A stretch of 64,000 nucleotides of DNA, taken from Patescibacteria group bacterium (GTDB lineage Bacteria; Patescibacteriota; Microgenomatia; Daviesbacterales; UBA10151). The stretch covers positions 118,616 through 182,615 of the forward strand of contig JBBTSA010000010.1 in assembly GCA_038064895.1 (NCBI GenBank), in the 5' to 3' direction. The position numbers and the translations under genes were made by a program. The notes beneath the pieces were generated by a model. That model had not been told where the DNA came from and ran no database searches. It saw nothing but the letters and a program-made list of their open reading frames with translations. Positions 1 through 9,215 of this stretch are shown here, one piece after another (positions within the stretch are counted from its first letter, which is position 1; every line of letters begins with the position of its first letter).

Positions 1-987
1 TGTTGTAAGAGAGATTAAAAAACCCGGTATAAAAAACATAAAAGTTAACCAGGGTAATATTAAGAAAAAGGGATTTAAAAAAATCTCTCCAAGTTCTGAA
101 TTTGTATACAAGTAAAATGGGTTGATGCCTAGTAAGCTAAAGGGTATAACTGACTGATTACTAATAGAGATTAAAGTCGATATATTACTGGATGCTGAAT
201 GTTGGGTTGAAACCAAAGGGGGTACGACTTTTATCGCCGGCCACAACCACCAGAAATGAATACAAAGCATAGCAATCAATCCTATAAACATTCTAAAGGA
301 TATTGACTTTAAGTTATTGAATCCTTTCCAAGGTATAAATACTTCAAATGCAGATATCAAAAAAATAAGCAAAATAATTGTGACAATAAAGGCCAATGCT
401 CCAAAAAGAGAAACAGCAAGAAAGTTAATCAGTAAAAAAATAAGTAAACTCGATGGCTTTCCTTCTCTAATCCACTTTCCCCAAAAAATAAAAAAGAAAG
501 GTAATGCTGCCATCAGTACAAATGTGTTATGAATAAACCTGTGCCAAACTTGAATCATCATGTATGGATTAAACATGTAAAAAAGACCTGCCAGTATTGC
601 CAAAATAACTTTCTCCTTCCCAAGGATACTCAAAGCCAAAAGAAACATTCCGTAACCTGAAAGAAAAAGAATTAACCAAAAAAGTACCGCCTGAATAGCA
701 ACATACGAGAGGCCAACTTCCTGGAAAAGTGATTGAAAAAGTTGTAGAAGTACAGAAGTCAGACCATGCGGAACAGTGGTACCAGGGGCAGCTGCTTCCC
801 ACCATATATATTTTGTAATATCCAAGATTCTTTTTGGATCATAAGATGGCAATCCTACATCTCCTCCACCGTAAAGCAAACCATATTTAAACCAGGAAAA
901 AATAATAATAGTACTAATGAAAGCAAAAAATAAAACTGCCAAAAAATAACTATTAACAAATATTTTTTTAAACTTTTTCACTGACAT
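1..987 (-). CDS. Partial (3' end runs off the window start) polytopic membrane protein, putative GT-C-like glycosyltransferase, family D paralog of 7077..9215
   Basis: My own translation of the minus strand gives an uninterrupted frame from ATG (987-985), starting MSVKKFKKIFVNSYFLAVLFFAFISTIIIFSWFKYGLLYGGGDVGLPSYDPKR... through the left edge of the window. It has many hydrophobic helices. The N-terminal loop motif F.W..G....GG(D/E).G.P.YD matches 7077..9215 (LWFSKGLIFAGGEEGIPFYDLDK). Its start overlaps the stop of 968..2611 in the compact-operon style seen throughout. The tabulated ORFs 317..532(+) and 569..805(-) are spurious by comparison. Confidence 0.55.
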   Translation of the reverse strand, partial: MSVKKFKKIFVNSYFLAVLFFAFISTIIIFSWFKYGLLYGGGDVGLPSYDPKRILDITKYIWWEAAAPGTTVPHGLTSVLLQLFQSLFQEVGLSYVAIQAVLFWLILFLSGYGMFLLALSILGKEKVILAILAGLFYMFNPYMMIQVWHRFIHNTFVLMAALPFFFIFWGKWIREGKPSSLLIFLLINFLAVSLFGALAFIVTIILLIFLISAFEVFIPWKGFNNLKSISFRMFIGLIAMLCIHFWWLWPAIKVVPPLVSTQHSASSNISTLISISNQSVIPFSLLGINPFYLYTNSELGEIFLNPFFLILPWLTFMFFIPGFLISLTT

Positions 988-2611
988 CCTTGTAAGCTAT
1001 AAAAGTATAATCACAAAGTGGCGGAAATAAATAATAAATAGGGGTAGCGGCAATATTTAAGGCATAGAAGAATTTTCTTATTATATCGCTATCAATTTTA
1101 TGAACAATTCCCTGATCACCGAGTAGCCATTTCCATCCGTATTTTTTTATCTTATATCCCCTTTTTTTAAATTCATCAGGAGTAAAGGCAGATTTATGCA
1201 GCTGCCAGATATTACCATCCTCAGCCGGGTGGTAGTGCTCGCCGATAGGAGTAGCAATTATCACCTGTATCTTTGCTATCCTTTCCATATTTTCTAAAAC
1301 TTTCCAGGCATCTTTTTCATCCATATGTTCAAGCACATGAGAAGCAATTACTACGTCAAAGGATTTTGGTGGAAATTTAACTTTTCTAATATCCTTTTGA
1401 ATATATTCATCATGAATTTTATTGGCCTTACCATAAGCAATATAAGGTTCAAAAAGATCTACGCCCACACTGTGACTAATTTTCATACGCAGTTTAATCA
1501 TTTCCATTGGTTTACCTTGACCGCAACCCAAATCAAGAATACTCTTAGCTGAATGATCTATTACCCAAGGCAACGGATCAGTCATTCCCATTAAATAAAT
1601 TTTGAGTGGATCCAATTTCTTATCTAAACTATTATAAGCTCTATTAATAAATGAGCTAAACGGATAAATAAGGCAATACGTTAATCCTGATGTAAAACCT
1701 AACCAGTATTTAATGAGGATGTCAAATCTTCTGCTGCTTAAAATGATCAAGGAATGAGCTATGGTATATGCCGGGAGCAGTATGAAAAAAAATACCAGAT
1801 TTTGGGGAAAAGGTGAGTGTTTACGCATAAAAATCATCTTATTTCTAGCAACTCTGTATGCTCTTTCAGGAGAGGTAATCCCCAACCATTCAATCCAGGG
1901 ATGGACATAGGAACTTTTTTTACCTTGGTGCCAGGTCTTGGCTTCAGAATAATAATAAATCTTAAACCCTGCTTTCCTGGCCCTAAAGGAAAAATCACTA
2001 TCTTCGTAAGGGATAAAATACTCCTTATCATAGTTACCAATTTTATTAAAAACTTCCCGTTTGACCATCCATACGCAACCGCACATTGGCACTTCCAGAA
2101 GTCCTCTATATTGTCCACGATCTTCTTCTCTTACTCCCCAAGCATTCACTCTACCTGTCAGCAAATCTATATCATGGCCTGCCCCTTGCAACATATTTTT
2201 TTTCTGCTTGTCATACAGAAGCGGCGCAATAATCCCTGCATCTTTTCTTTTTTCAAAAGCCTCTACCAGTTGCTTAATCATATCGACCTCCGCATAAGAA
2301 TCGTCATCTGCAAAAAGAACAAAGTCACCTGTTGCAAGTTCCAGCCCCTTGTTTCTACCTTCAGCTGCTCCCAAATTAACATGACTTGTTACCAGTTTAA
2401 CTTTAGGATATTTTTTAGGTAGCCAGGTTAAAAGTGGAGGACGCGAAGCATTATCTACCACAATAACCTCAATTTTTTTATATGAGGATTTAAAATAAGA
2501 GTCTAAACACTCTATTAAATCTTTTTTTCTGTCTTTACTAACTATAACTACAGAAACTAATTTTTGATTTTGCATAAAAAGCTTGGAAAGTATACCAAAA
2601 AGGTAAGACAA
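968..2611 (-). CDS. Fusion protein: N-terminal GT2 (GT-A fold) glycosyltransferase, central transmembrane segment(s), C-terminal class I SAM-dependent methyltransferase
   Basis: N-terminus KLVSVVIVSKDRKKDLIECLDSYFKSSYKKIEVIVVDNASRP and FADDDSYAEVDMI (DXD) are typical GT2. The middle region NLVFFFILLPAYTIAHSLIILSS...LTYCLIYPFSSFI is hydrophobic. The C-terminus has ILDLGCGQGKPMEMI (MTase motif I) and VVIASHVLEHMDEKDAWKVLENM (motif II/III region). Confidence 0.7.
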   Translation of the reverse strand: MSYLFGILSKLFMQNQKLVSVVIVSKDRKKDLIECLDSYFKSSYKKIEVIVVDNASRPPLLTWLPKKYPKVKLVTSHVNLGAAEGRNKGLELATGDFVLFADDDSYAEVDMIKQLVEAFEKRKDAGIIAPLLYDKQKKNMLQGAGHDIDLLTGRVNAWGVREEDRGQYRGLLEVPMCGCVWMVKREVFNKIGNYDKEYFIPYEDSDFSFRARKAGFKIYYYSEAKTWHQGKKSSYVHPWIEWLGITSPERAYRVARNKMIFMRKHSPFPQNLVFFFILLPAYTIAHSLIILSSRRFDILIKYWLGFTSGLTYCLIYPFSSFINRAYNSLDKKLDPLKIYLMGMTDPLPWVIDHSAKSILDLGCGQGKPMEMIKLRMKISHSVGVDLFEPYIAYGKANKIHDEYIQKDIRKVKFPPKSFDVVIASHVLEHMDEKDAWKVLENMERIAKIQVIIATPIGEHYHPAEDGNIWQLHKSAFTPDEFKKRGYKIKKYGWKWLLGDQGIVHKIDSDIIRKFFYALNIAATPIYYLFPPLCDYTFIAYKDVSEKV

Positions 2612-2640
2612 ATAAAATTAGCTCTCTTTGTGAGTAAGGA

Positions 2641-4938
2641 TCAACTTTTTAATACCTTCCAAAGGTTAATCCCATTTCCAACTCCTGACCACATCAGTTC
2701 TGTTTTACAAGTACATATTTTTTGAGGATCTGTTTTTTCTCCTAACACTAAATAATCATAATCATCTTTTTCTCCATAATACGTTAGATCAACATCTATT
2801 TGGAAATTATAGAAACTACCATTTGATCCAGGATAATAGACTTTTCTGTCAATTAGAGCCACTCTGGTACTACGATAGATATCTTCGTGTATCTCAGGGT
2901 AGCCTTCTAAATAATACGAACCAATCTTGGGTGCAATTTGTGAAAGTTCAGCTAAAGTTCCTCCTAGATCTTTTCCATAAGTAAAATAATCATCTAAGAT
3001 CTCCAAAATTACTATATTGTTACTAGTTGTGGATTTATGAATGGGTTTAAAAAAGGAGGAATTTGATAAGTCAGGGACTCTTTGTTTGGGTAATTGAGAT
3101 ATATATGTATCATTAACAATTATATATTTAACTTTTAATTGTTTTAATAAACTAGGATTTAGAGTAAAAAATATGTCATTGTAAGTAGGGCTTGTTCCCA
3201 TCCCATAAAGCACCCTGATATTTGGTGGCCAAAGCGGTGTAAAAGCTCCTTCCTCTCTCAAAATTGAACCATAAGGAGAAGTCGTTGGAAAAGCATCTAC
3301 AAAAATTAAAATCCTATCTTGTAGCTTTATATTATCTTTAACCCACTTAAAAACCGGAAAATCTGTATTTGTGGATCTAGTGTACCAATTATAATCTGGT
3401 CTGGGATAAAGAAGTAAGAATGCTGGAATAATTGAAATTAAAAATATCCAAATAAAGATTGCCTTAAAAAAATAATTTATTTTCTCCCAAAATAAGTAAA
3501 CAAGATAAACAATATTCAAACCAGATAGATAATATGATAACCCCAGTAAACGATTGCCATTTATGTGAAGATAACCTTTGGGTACTATAGCATGATAGGC
3601 AAATAAAGCTATCAGTGACGTCAGGGACAAAATCCATAATCTAGCTACGTTATTTCTATCTTTAGTATATTTCCATAGTAAAAAAGTGCTAACAATAAAA
3701 AATAATCCAGTTCTCCAAGGCATTCCTAAGTTAAAAAAAATAAAAGGGTAATATTCTTGATTATTAATCAGTTTACTTCGTTGCTGAGCTAAGCGATCAC
3801 TCCTATAGTTCTTAGCTGATGGACCATATTCGTCAGGAGGGAAAATCAGGAGATCACTTGATGTGTGATCAGGGTTAAGGACAACATTTGATAGAATACC
3901 TCCTTGGAACACAATTAATAACACTAGTACCAGGGTAAAATTTAGAAATTTTAAAAATGATTTTCTAAAAATAGCAAAAAACATTACTAATAAAATTGCA
4001 GGAACGGTTACTATAAATGTTGATTCATCAGTTAAACCCATAGAAGCAAGCAGAACTGTAATGGTAGCTAGAAAGAAAATATTTTTTTTGGGTGAGAATA
4101 TTATTACTAGTGAGGTTATAAACATACCCAATGTTAAAATACGGTGAGGAAAAAGCATAAAGGATTCCAGAGTGGTTTGAGTGCCATAAGTTACAAACGC
4201 CTGAGGGAGAGTTGGTAGCTTTTGTAACCAATTTAAAATTGTCCCATTGAGATGTGGAAGAGCTAAACTAACCGGCCAAGCAAGCCAAATGCTCCCTAAA
4301 GAAATTAATCCAAAGGCAGCGGGTACAAAATACATTAAAAGAGGGACTTTTTTGACTTTTAAAAACCAAGTTAATATTAAAGTTAAACAAAACAGTCCGA
4401 TAAATTCAAAAAAAGCAAATAAAAATTCATAAGGAGTACCAGTAATAGTTCTGGTAGCAGCCAATAACTCAGCAAATCCTATGTGATAATTTGCCAGATA
4501 ATCAGGTTGCCAGGGAAGATGAATGGGATAATCTCCCCTGGCAAAGACTGATCCTAAGGCATAATGAGTAAAAGAATCAGCACTCATAGCAGGTCCTGAA
4601 GCAGTGATAGTTAATAGGAATATAAACCATGTTAAAGTAGATCCCCAAAAGACAAAACCTTTCTTTGGAAAATATATGGGGTCAGTTTTAGTATATTTTT
4701 TTATAAAAAATGCTCCTGTCAAAAGAATAAATAGAGAAATGTAAAAGTCAGCAGGACCTTTTATTAAGTGAGCTACTAAATTTATAAGAAAAATATAACA
4801 ACTAATCCCCAAGATCGTTCCAGAAGGTATTAATACCTGGATTCGATTTTCTGTTGTAATCCTTCTTAGGAGAACCCAACCACTCCAAAAAAGTGCAGCA
4901 ATAAAAAGAAATGTTATAGGGTAGCTTGTAAAATGCAT
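2641..4938 (-). CDS. Polytopic membrane protein, family A (765 aa). About 13 predicted TM helices plus a roughly 250 aa C-terminal soluble domain; putative GT-C-like glycosyltransferase
   Basis: Paralog of 33161..35473 and 55382..57733. Shared blocks are RRITTENRIQVLIPSGTILGISCYIFLINLVAHLIKG, HLPWQPDY, DESTFIVT and the C-terminus YDYLVLGEKTDPQKICTCKTELMWSGVGNG. No STT3 WWDYG motif seen. Immediately downstream of GT2 4954..5871 on the same strand. Confidence 0.5.
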   Translation of the reverse strand: MHFTSYPITFLFIAALFWSGWVLLRRITTENRIQVLIPSGTILGISCYIFLINLVAHLIKGPADFYISLFILLTGAFFIKKYTKTDPIYFPKKGFVFWGSTLTWFIFLLTITASGPAMSADSFTHYALGSVFARGDYPIHLPWQPDYLANYHIGFAELLAATRTITGTPYEFLFAFFEFIGLFCLTLILTWFLKVKKVPLLMYFVPAAFGLISLGSIWLAWPVSLALPHLNGTILNWLQKLPTLPQAFVTYGTQTTLESFMLFPHRILTLGMFITSLVIIFSPKKNIFFLATITVLLASMGLTDESTFIVTVPAILLVMFFAIFRKSFLKFLNFTLVLVLLIVFQGGILSNVVLNPDHTSSDLLIFPPDEYGPSAKNYRSDRLAQQRSKLINNQEYYPFIFFNLGMPWRTGLFFIVSTFLLWKYTKDRNNVARLWILSLTSLIALFAYHAIVPKGYLHINGNRLLGLSYYLSGLNIVYLVYLFWEKINYFFKAIFIWIFLISIIPAFLLLYPRPDYNWYTRSTNTDFPVFKWVKDNIKLQDRILIFVDAFPTTSPYGSILREEGAFTPLWPPNIRVLYGMGTSPTYNDIFFTLNPSLLKQLKVKYIIVNDTYISQLPKQRVPDLSNSSFFKPIHKSTTSNNIVILEILDDYFTYGKDLGGTLAELSQIAPKIGSYYLEGYPEIHEDIYRSTRVALIDRKVYYPGSNGSFYNFQIDVDLTYYGEKDDYDYLVLGEKTDPQKICTCKTELMWSGVGNGINLWKVLKS

Positions 4939-4953
4939 TCTTGATTTATAAAA

Positions 4954-5871
4954 TTACCCTCTTCTAATTTTAGGTAATGGAATATATGATTTATTATTCA
5001 AAGGATACCAAAATCCAACTATAGTGCCAAAAACCATCTCAAAGAATTTATTAAGTTGACCAAACCTTACAGTTTCAATTAAATAATAAGTTAACAGGAA
5101 TGGAATAAATAAAGTGAAGGTAAAGATATTGCCATGTTTCCTCATGAATAAAACCCTGTTTCTTCCTAAAAGGTATGCCCTGGTTAATACTCTCGGCCTC
5201 CAAATATTTGGATCTTTTGATTGATCATGATAAGCGACAGCTTCGGGTGTATACCAGGTTATAAAACCCGCCTTTTTTGCCCGTAAACAATACTCCGGAT
5301 CAAAATAACAAAGAAACCAATCTTCAAATCCGCCGATTTTGTCAATAACAGATCTTAAATAAAGCATTACTGTTCCGGAATTTTGAACCTCTTTTGCTTG
5401 TAAAAAGTTTTTCTTTAGTCCCCATCCAACTGTAACTTTTCCGGTTATTAAATTCACATTTGCTCCTGCTTGATTAACCCAATTTTTATCGGAAAGATAG
5501 AGAATCATGGGTATCACTATACCTATATCAGGGCGAAAGTCCGAAGCCTCCACCAATTTTAAAATCATATCTTTATCAACTACCACATCATCATCTACAC
5601 AAAGAATGTGATTCTTGCGCTTAGCATGGGCAAATCCCAAATTGTAACATCCGGTTTGACCAATGTTTTTCTCTCCGGCGTAAATCCATTTAACCCATTT
5701 GTATTTCTTTTTACCCTCTTGCATGACATCGTATGCAGGACTGTTATCCACAACAATTACTTCAAGTTTTGGATAATTAGAATCTTTTAAAGACTTAAGT
5801 AATCTAAAAAGTCTATTTTTTCCGTTAAATGTTGGTATAACTGCAGAAACACCAGGTAGAGACTTTTTCAT
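4954..5871 (-). CDS. Glycosyltransferase family 2 (GT-A fold)
   Basis: VSAVIPTFNGKNRLFRLLKSLKDSNYPKLEVIVVDNSP and CVDDDVVVDKDMI (DXD). Length 305 aa. Confidence 0.75.
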   Translation of the reverse strand: MKKSLPGVSAVIPTFNGKNRLFRLLKSLKDSNYPKLEVIVVDNSPAYDVMQEGKKKYKWVKWIYAGEKNIGQTGCYNLGFAHAKRKNHILCVDDDVVVDKDMILKLVEASDFRPDIGIVIPMILYLSDKNWVNQAGANVNLITGKVTVGWGLKKNFLQAKEVQNSGTVMLYLRSVIDKIGGFEDWFLCYFDPEYCLRAKKAGFITWYTPEAVAYHDQSKDPNIWRPRVLTRAYLLGRNRVLFMRKHGNIFTFTLFIPFLLTYYLIETVRFGQLNKFFEMVFGTIVGFWYPLNNKSYIPLPKIRRG

Positions 5872-5892
5872 AACGACGGGTATTATAACGTA

Positions 5893-7080
5893 TCACGTTA
5901 TATAACTTAATACTTCATTTGCTCTTTTATCCCAAGACCAATTTTGAGTAATCATAGATTTAGCTTGATTCCCTATTTTGGAATATGCTTTTTTATCTCT
6001 TAAGAGATTCAGTATCTCTTCTGCAAAGGCTTCCATATCATTTATTGGAACTTTTACCATTCCTTTTGGGTAATATGATTTATATGAAATAAGATTAAAA
6101 CCAACTGCAGGTAGTCCGAAAGCCATTGCCTCGGCCGAAGCCATCCCTCCTGAATCATAAAAAGCAGGATGAAGAACAACTTTGCTTTGAGCAAATATTT
6201 TGTATTTTTTCTCCCCGTCAAATACATATCCAAAAAGTACAATATTTTTTTGTAAATTTAACTTATCTATCCTTTTTTTTACATTGCTCATCAATGGACC
6301 ATCCCCTATTAAGGCTAACTTTGCGTCAGATTTTTGATCAACTACCAACTTCCAAATATTTATTAACTCCACAACTCCTTTTTGTGGATGGAAACGTCCC
6401 TGAAAAACTCCGTCGTATATCTTTGGTAATTTTCCTCCGCTTTCTTTGCGAATCCAATTTCCAATTTGTTTAAAATCAACTGCCCCCAATACTACTATTA
6501 CCTTTCCGCTCTTTTCCATGTCAGGAAACTGTTTTCTCTCATCTTCATTATTTACCAATACAAAATCTGCAAACTTTTTTATTAGAGGTTTAATAGGCAG
6601 TTGTACAAACCAGTATAAAAATGCATGCAATCTATATGAAAGAACTCTTTCTCCTTCTTTAAAACCCACCAGAGGATTTGGGGCTGTTTGAAACCACGTA
6701 GCCACCCAGGTAATCTTTGGAAACCTAAGCTTCCAAATCACTGCCGGCAAGGAATCCATCCAGAACTCCGAGGCCGAATACACAACAGTATCTTTTTCAT
6801 TTTTTAATTTGGTTGTGAGAGAAAACAAAATTGCAGATAAAATTACGGCAACATAATTTATAACAAATCCTAAATACTTCCAGGGGCTCATCTTTATTAC
6901 CATAAAAGTTACATCTTTACTGCTTAAACTTTGTCTTTTATACATTTCATAGCCTTCTTCCCAAACATAAATAGTAACCGGGTATAACCTGGCCCATCTT
7001 TTAGCAAATTCAGTCGCTATTCTGTCGCAGCCGGAAATCCCCTTTCCCTGTGCTGTCATACCAATCATTATAATATTCAT
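5893..7080 (-). CDS. Glycosyltransferase family 4-like (GT-B fold, GT1 superfamily)
   Basis: C-terminal motif GGMASAEAMAFGLPAVGF is the E-X7-E region of retaining GT4 enzymes. The tabulated ORF extends to 7116; the start is more likely MNIIMIG (ATG about 7080), which abuts the stop of the upstream gene at 7077 (ATGA-type overlap). Confidence 0.7.
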   Translation of the reverse strand: MNIIMIGMTAQGKGISGCDRIATEFAKRWARLYPVTIYVWEEGYEMYKRQSLSSKDVTFMVIKMSPWKYLGFVINYVAVILSAILFSLTTKLKNEKDTVVYSASEFWMDSLPAVIWKLRFPKITWVATWFQTAPNPLVGFKEGERVLSYRLHAFLYWFVQLPIKPLIKKFADFVLVNNEDERKQFPDMEKSGKVIVVLGAVDFKQIGNWIRKESGGKLPKIYDGVFQGRFHPQKGVVELINIWKLVVDQKSDAKLALIGDGPLMSNVKKRIDKLNLQKNIVLFGYVFDGEKKYKIFAQSKVVLHPAFYDSGGMASAEAMAFGLPAVGFNLISYKSYYPKGMVKVPINDMEAFAEEILNLLRDKKAYSKIGNQAKSMITQNWSWDKRANEVLSYIT

Positions 7081-9215
7081 CTTGCAATCACCTTTTTCGT
7101 ATAATATATGATACAAATTAAACTCAATAGTAGAACTGCTCCTTTAGAAATCCGCATTCCCCAATTTACATAATCTTGAGGCTTATATTTTATTTCTACA
7201 AAAAAATTACCTATTTTATTAATCTTCCAACTGTTTGCATAAGAAAAAAGTTTGTTATGTTCTTTAATTTCTAGGCCATCAATATTAACCTGCCAATTTG
7301 GATCAAAATTCTCCAGAAAATATAAATCAAAAGGTTCTTCAGAAGCTATATCAGCAATGTATAAAGTTGGGTTAATCCTTGTGTACTGTACTTTCGCTTG
7401 AGGCGAATAAATCAGGTGAATATCAGATGATATTTCTACTTTATATATATCCAACTTCCCAAAGCTATTAATTTTTTTAATATTCTTTTGGGTTTCTAAA
7501 TATTTTTCAACCGGTTCAAAGCTACCCAATAGACCTACCTCTGGATCAACATCTTTATGTAATATAATATAACGGACATTTAACTTAGCAAGTTCTTCAT
7601 AAAGATGCTCACTTCTAAACTCAGAGTGAGTAATATCAGGATCTGGTCCATAAACTAAAGGCTGAAATTTATTAAATCTTTGTAGTAGAACATTGTAATA
7701 AAGTTTAAGTGACTGGCCATTTTTGCCAATTGAGGGTCGGTCAAATATATACTCACCCGGCTCAATCCCCTGATATGGATGTTCCCAACCACTATATCTT
7801 AATCCATCTCCAGGATTTATCGGAAAATGAATTATCCTTCCATCATCTTGCTGCTCATTTAACCAATGATTTAAATCCGTGTAATAGTTCGGCACTTGTA
7901 CCCATGGACTAATTTTAATTCCTCCAGCAGTAAATTGTCCTGTCCAGATGGGCCAAAGGAAAACTCCGCATACTAAGAAAATGAGTACAAGTAATATTGT
8001 ATAAGAAGATACTGTATTTTTAAATACTCTGCCCATCTTTTTTGAGATAACAGCTACCCCAATTGCAAAAAAGGGTGCATAAGCTATAGTCAAAACAATC
8101 CCAAATTTTTCAAAGGGATTTCTAAATGCCTGAAAAATAGGGAAAGTTTTAAATATTGGCACAAACAACCATCCAGTTGGCTTATTAGCACCTAAGCAAA
8201 TAAATAAAGAAAATAAAAATAAAATTGAGAAAAACAAGAATACTTTTAACTTTTTAAACGTTTTGTAGGAAAAAAGTGCTGCCAAAGGTATTATCCAACT
8301 TATTAATATAAATGGGAGGGAAGAGTAGCTGACACCGAACTTCTGATCTCTATAAAAATAACCTTCATGTATCAGCCTCAAAAGACTATGCAATTGATAA
8401 TCTTTACTTATTCCAGTAAGAGTCCCTACATTCACTTCAGTATTATTTAAGGCCTGTGAAAATTGATTAGAAGAGATTTTAATAAAAGGATAGATCCACC
8501 ACATGTGCGATAAAACCCAACCCGCCAGCATAAACAAAAAATAAATTACAGAAAAAAAAATATTTTTTTTGTCAGGGTTTTTAATTATGTAAAAAATCAG
8601 ACATATAAATATAATTATCCAAAAAGAAAAAATATAACTGGGATTACCAAAAGACCCTGCAAAAAATACTGATGCCAAAAGTCCCAATAAACCAAAAATT
8701 AAATTTTTATTCTTAAGACCCAATATGAACATTAGTAAAACGAATGGAAATAAGGCAAAAGGAAAAAATTGTAAATATAATCCTCTTCCCCAAATTTGAG
8801 TCATAGAAAAAGGATTTAATAAATAAAAAATGGCTCCAATTAAGGGTACAAGTTTAAATAAATTGTTTTCTTTAGAGCTAAGTTCTTTACCAACTGTTTC
8901 TCGTAAGAGAAAGTAGATAGCGATAGTTCCAGCTGACATAATGATAAAAAAGTGCAGAGCTTGGACCAAGAATCCAGGCAGACCGATTAAATAAAATATT
9001 TTTAAAAAGCTAAAATAAGGTATTCTGTTTAAATTTAGTTGGGTTGGTAAACCTCCTGATATATCCTGCCAGGCATATGAAACAAATTGCATAGTTTTAT
9101 CTAAGTCATAAAAGGGGATCCCCTCTTCTCCTCCTGCAAATATTAGACCCTTTGAAAACCATAGAAAGACTATAGTAAGAATAATAAAAATTAATATTAG
9201 TAAATCTCTAAACAT
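7077..9215 (-). CDS. Polytopic membrane protein, family D (712 aa); putative GT-C-like glycosyltransferase with C-terminal soluble domain
   Basis: About 12 hydrophobic helices in the N-terminal 430 aa. N-terminal loop motif FAGGEEGIPFYDLDKT is shared with the partial gene 1..987. The C-terminal roughly 280 aa is hydrophilic. Possibly related to the DUF3367/arabinofuranosyltransferase-like families, from memory only. Confidence 0.5.
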   Translation of the reverse strand: MFRDLLILIFIILTIVFLWFSKGLIFAGGEEGIPFYDLDKTMQFVSYAWQDISGGLPTQLNLNRIPYFSFLKIFYLIGLPGFLVQALHFFIIMSAGTIAIYFLLRETVGKELSSKENNLFKLVPLIGAIFYLLNPFSMTQIWGRGLYLQFFPFALFPFVLLMFILGLKNKNLIFGLLGLLASVFFAGSFGNPSYIFSFWIIIFICLIFYIIKNPDKKNIFFSVIYFLFMLAGWVLSHMWWIYPFIKISSNQFSQALNNTEVNVGTLTGISKDYQLHSLLRLIHEGYFYRDQKFGVSYSSLPFILISWIIPLAALFSYKTFKKLKVFLFFSILFLFSLFICLGANKPTGWLFVPIFKTFPIFQAFRNPFEKFGIVLTIAYAPFFAIGVAVISKKMGRVFKNTVSSYTILLVLIFLVCGVFLWPIWTGQFTAGGIKISPWVQVPNYYTDLNHWLNEQQDDGRIIHFPINPGDGLRYSGWEHPYQGIEPGEYIFDRPSIGKNGQSLKLYYNVLLQRFNKFQPLVYGPDPDITHSEFRSEHLYEELAKLNVRYIILHKDVDPEVGLLGSFEPVEKYLETQKNIKKINSFGKLDIYKVEISSDIHLIYSPQAKVQYTRINPTLYIADIASEEPFDLYFLENFDPNWQVNIDGLEIKEHNKLFSYANSWKINKIGNFFVEIKYKPQDYVNWGMRISKGAVLLLSLICIIYYTKKVIAR

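Noticed and set aside
317-805. Tabulated short ORFs 317..532 (+) and 569..805 (-)
   Set aside because: Both lie inside a much longer uninterrupted minus-strand reading frame (987 to 1 and beyond). That frame encodes a hydrophobic multi-helix protein homologous to 7077..9215, so the short ORFs are shadow frames.
1325-2422. Antisense or nested small ORFs 1325..1552, 1817..2422, 1834..2118 and 2061..2297 inside 968..2611. Similar nested ORFs occur throughout (4028..4231, 5608..5790, 6054..6691, 7709..7912, 10704..10886, 14977..15165, 16597..16803, 18088..18351, 22963..23157, 23852..24476, 24804..25019, 27381..28642, 30050..30232, 34705..34935, 35582..36424, 36825..37013, 38774..38959, 40987..42083, 43933..44843, 45975..46226, 46971..47198, 49359..49951, 50901..51116, 51868..52065, 52848..53338, 53599..54327, 54954..55220, 56178..57710, 58910..59140)
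   Set aside because: Each is fully contained within a long ORF that has clear protein-family signatures on the other strand or frame. Their compositions are typical of AT-rich shadow frames (F/I/K/N/L-rich), and none has a recognisable motif.
2641-4938. Family A as an STT3/PglB/AglB oligosaccharyltransferase (size and topology fit: 13 TM plus a C-terminal soluble domain)
   Set aside because: No WWDYG, DK/MI or TIXE/SVSE motifs could be found by eye. The conserved blocks (PWQPDY, DESxFVVT) differ. It is kept as 'GT-C-like, family unknown'.
8555-8585. A9/T8 homopolymer runs (for example 8562-8580, 33762-33770) as phase-variation tracts
   Set aside because: A/T runs of this length are expected by chance in a roughly 70% AT genome and encode Lys/Phe-rich segments. 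Only the G8 tract at 60412-60419 is compositionally anomalous.
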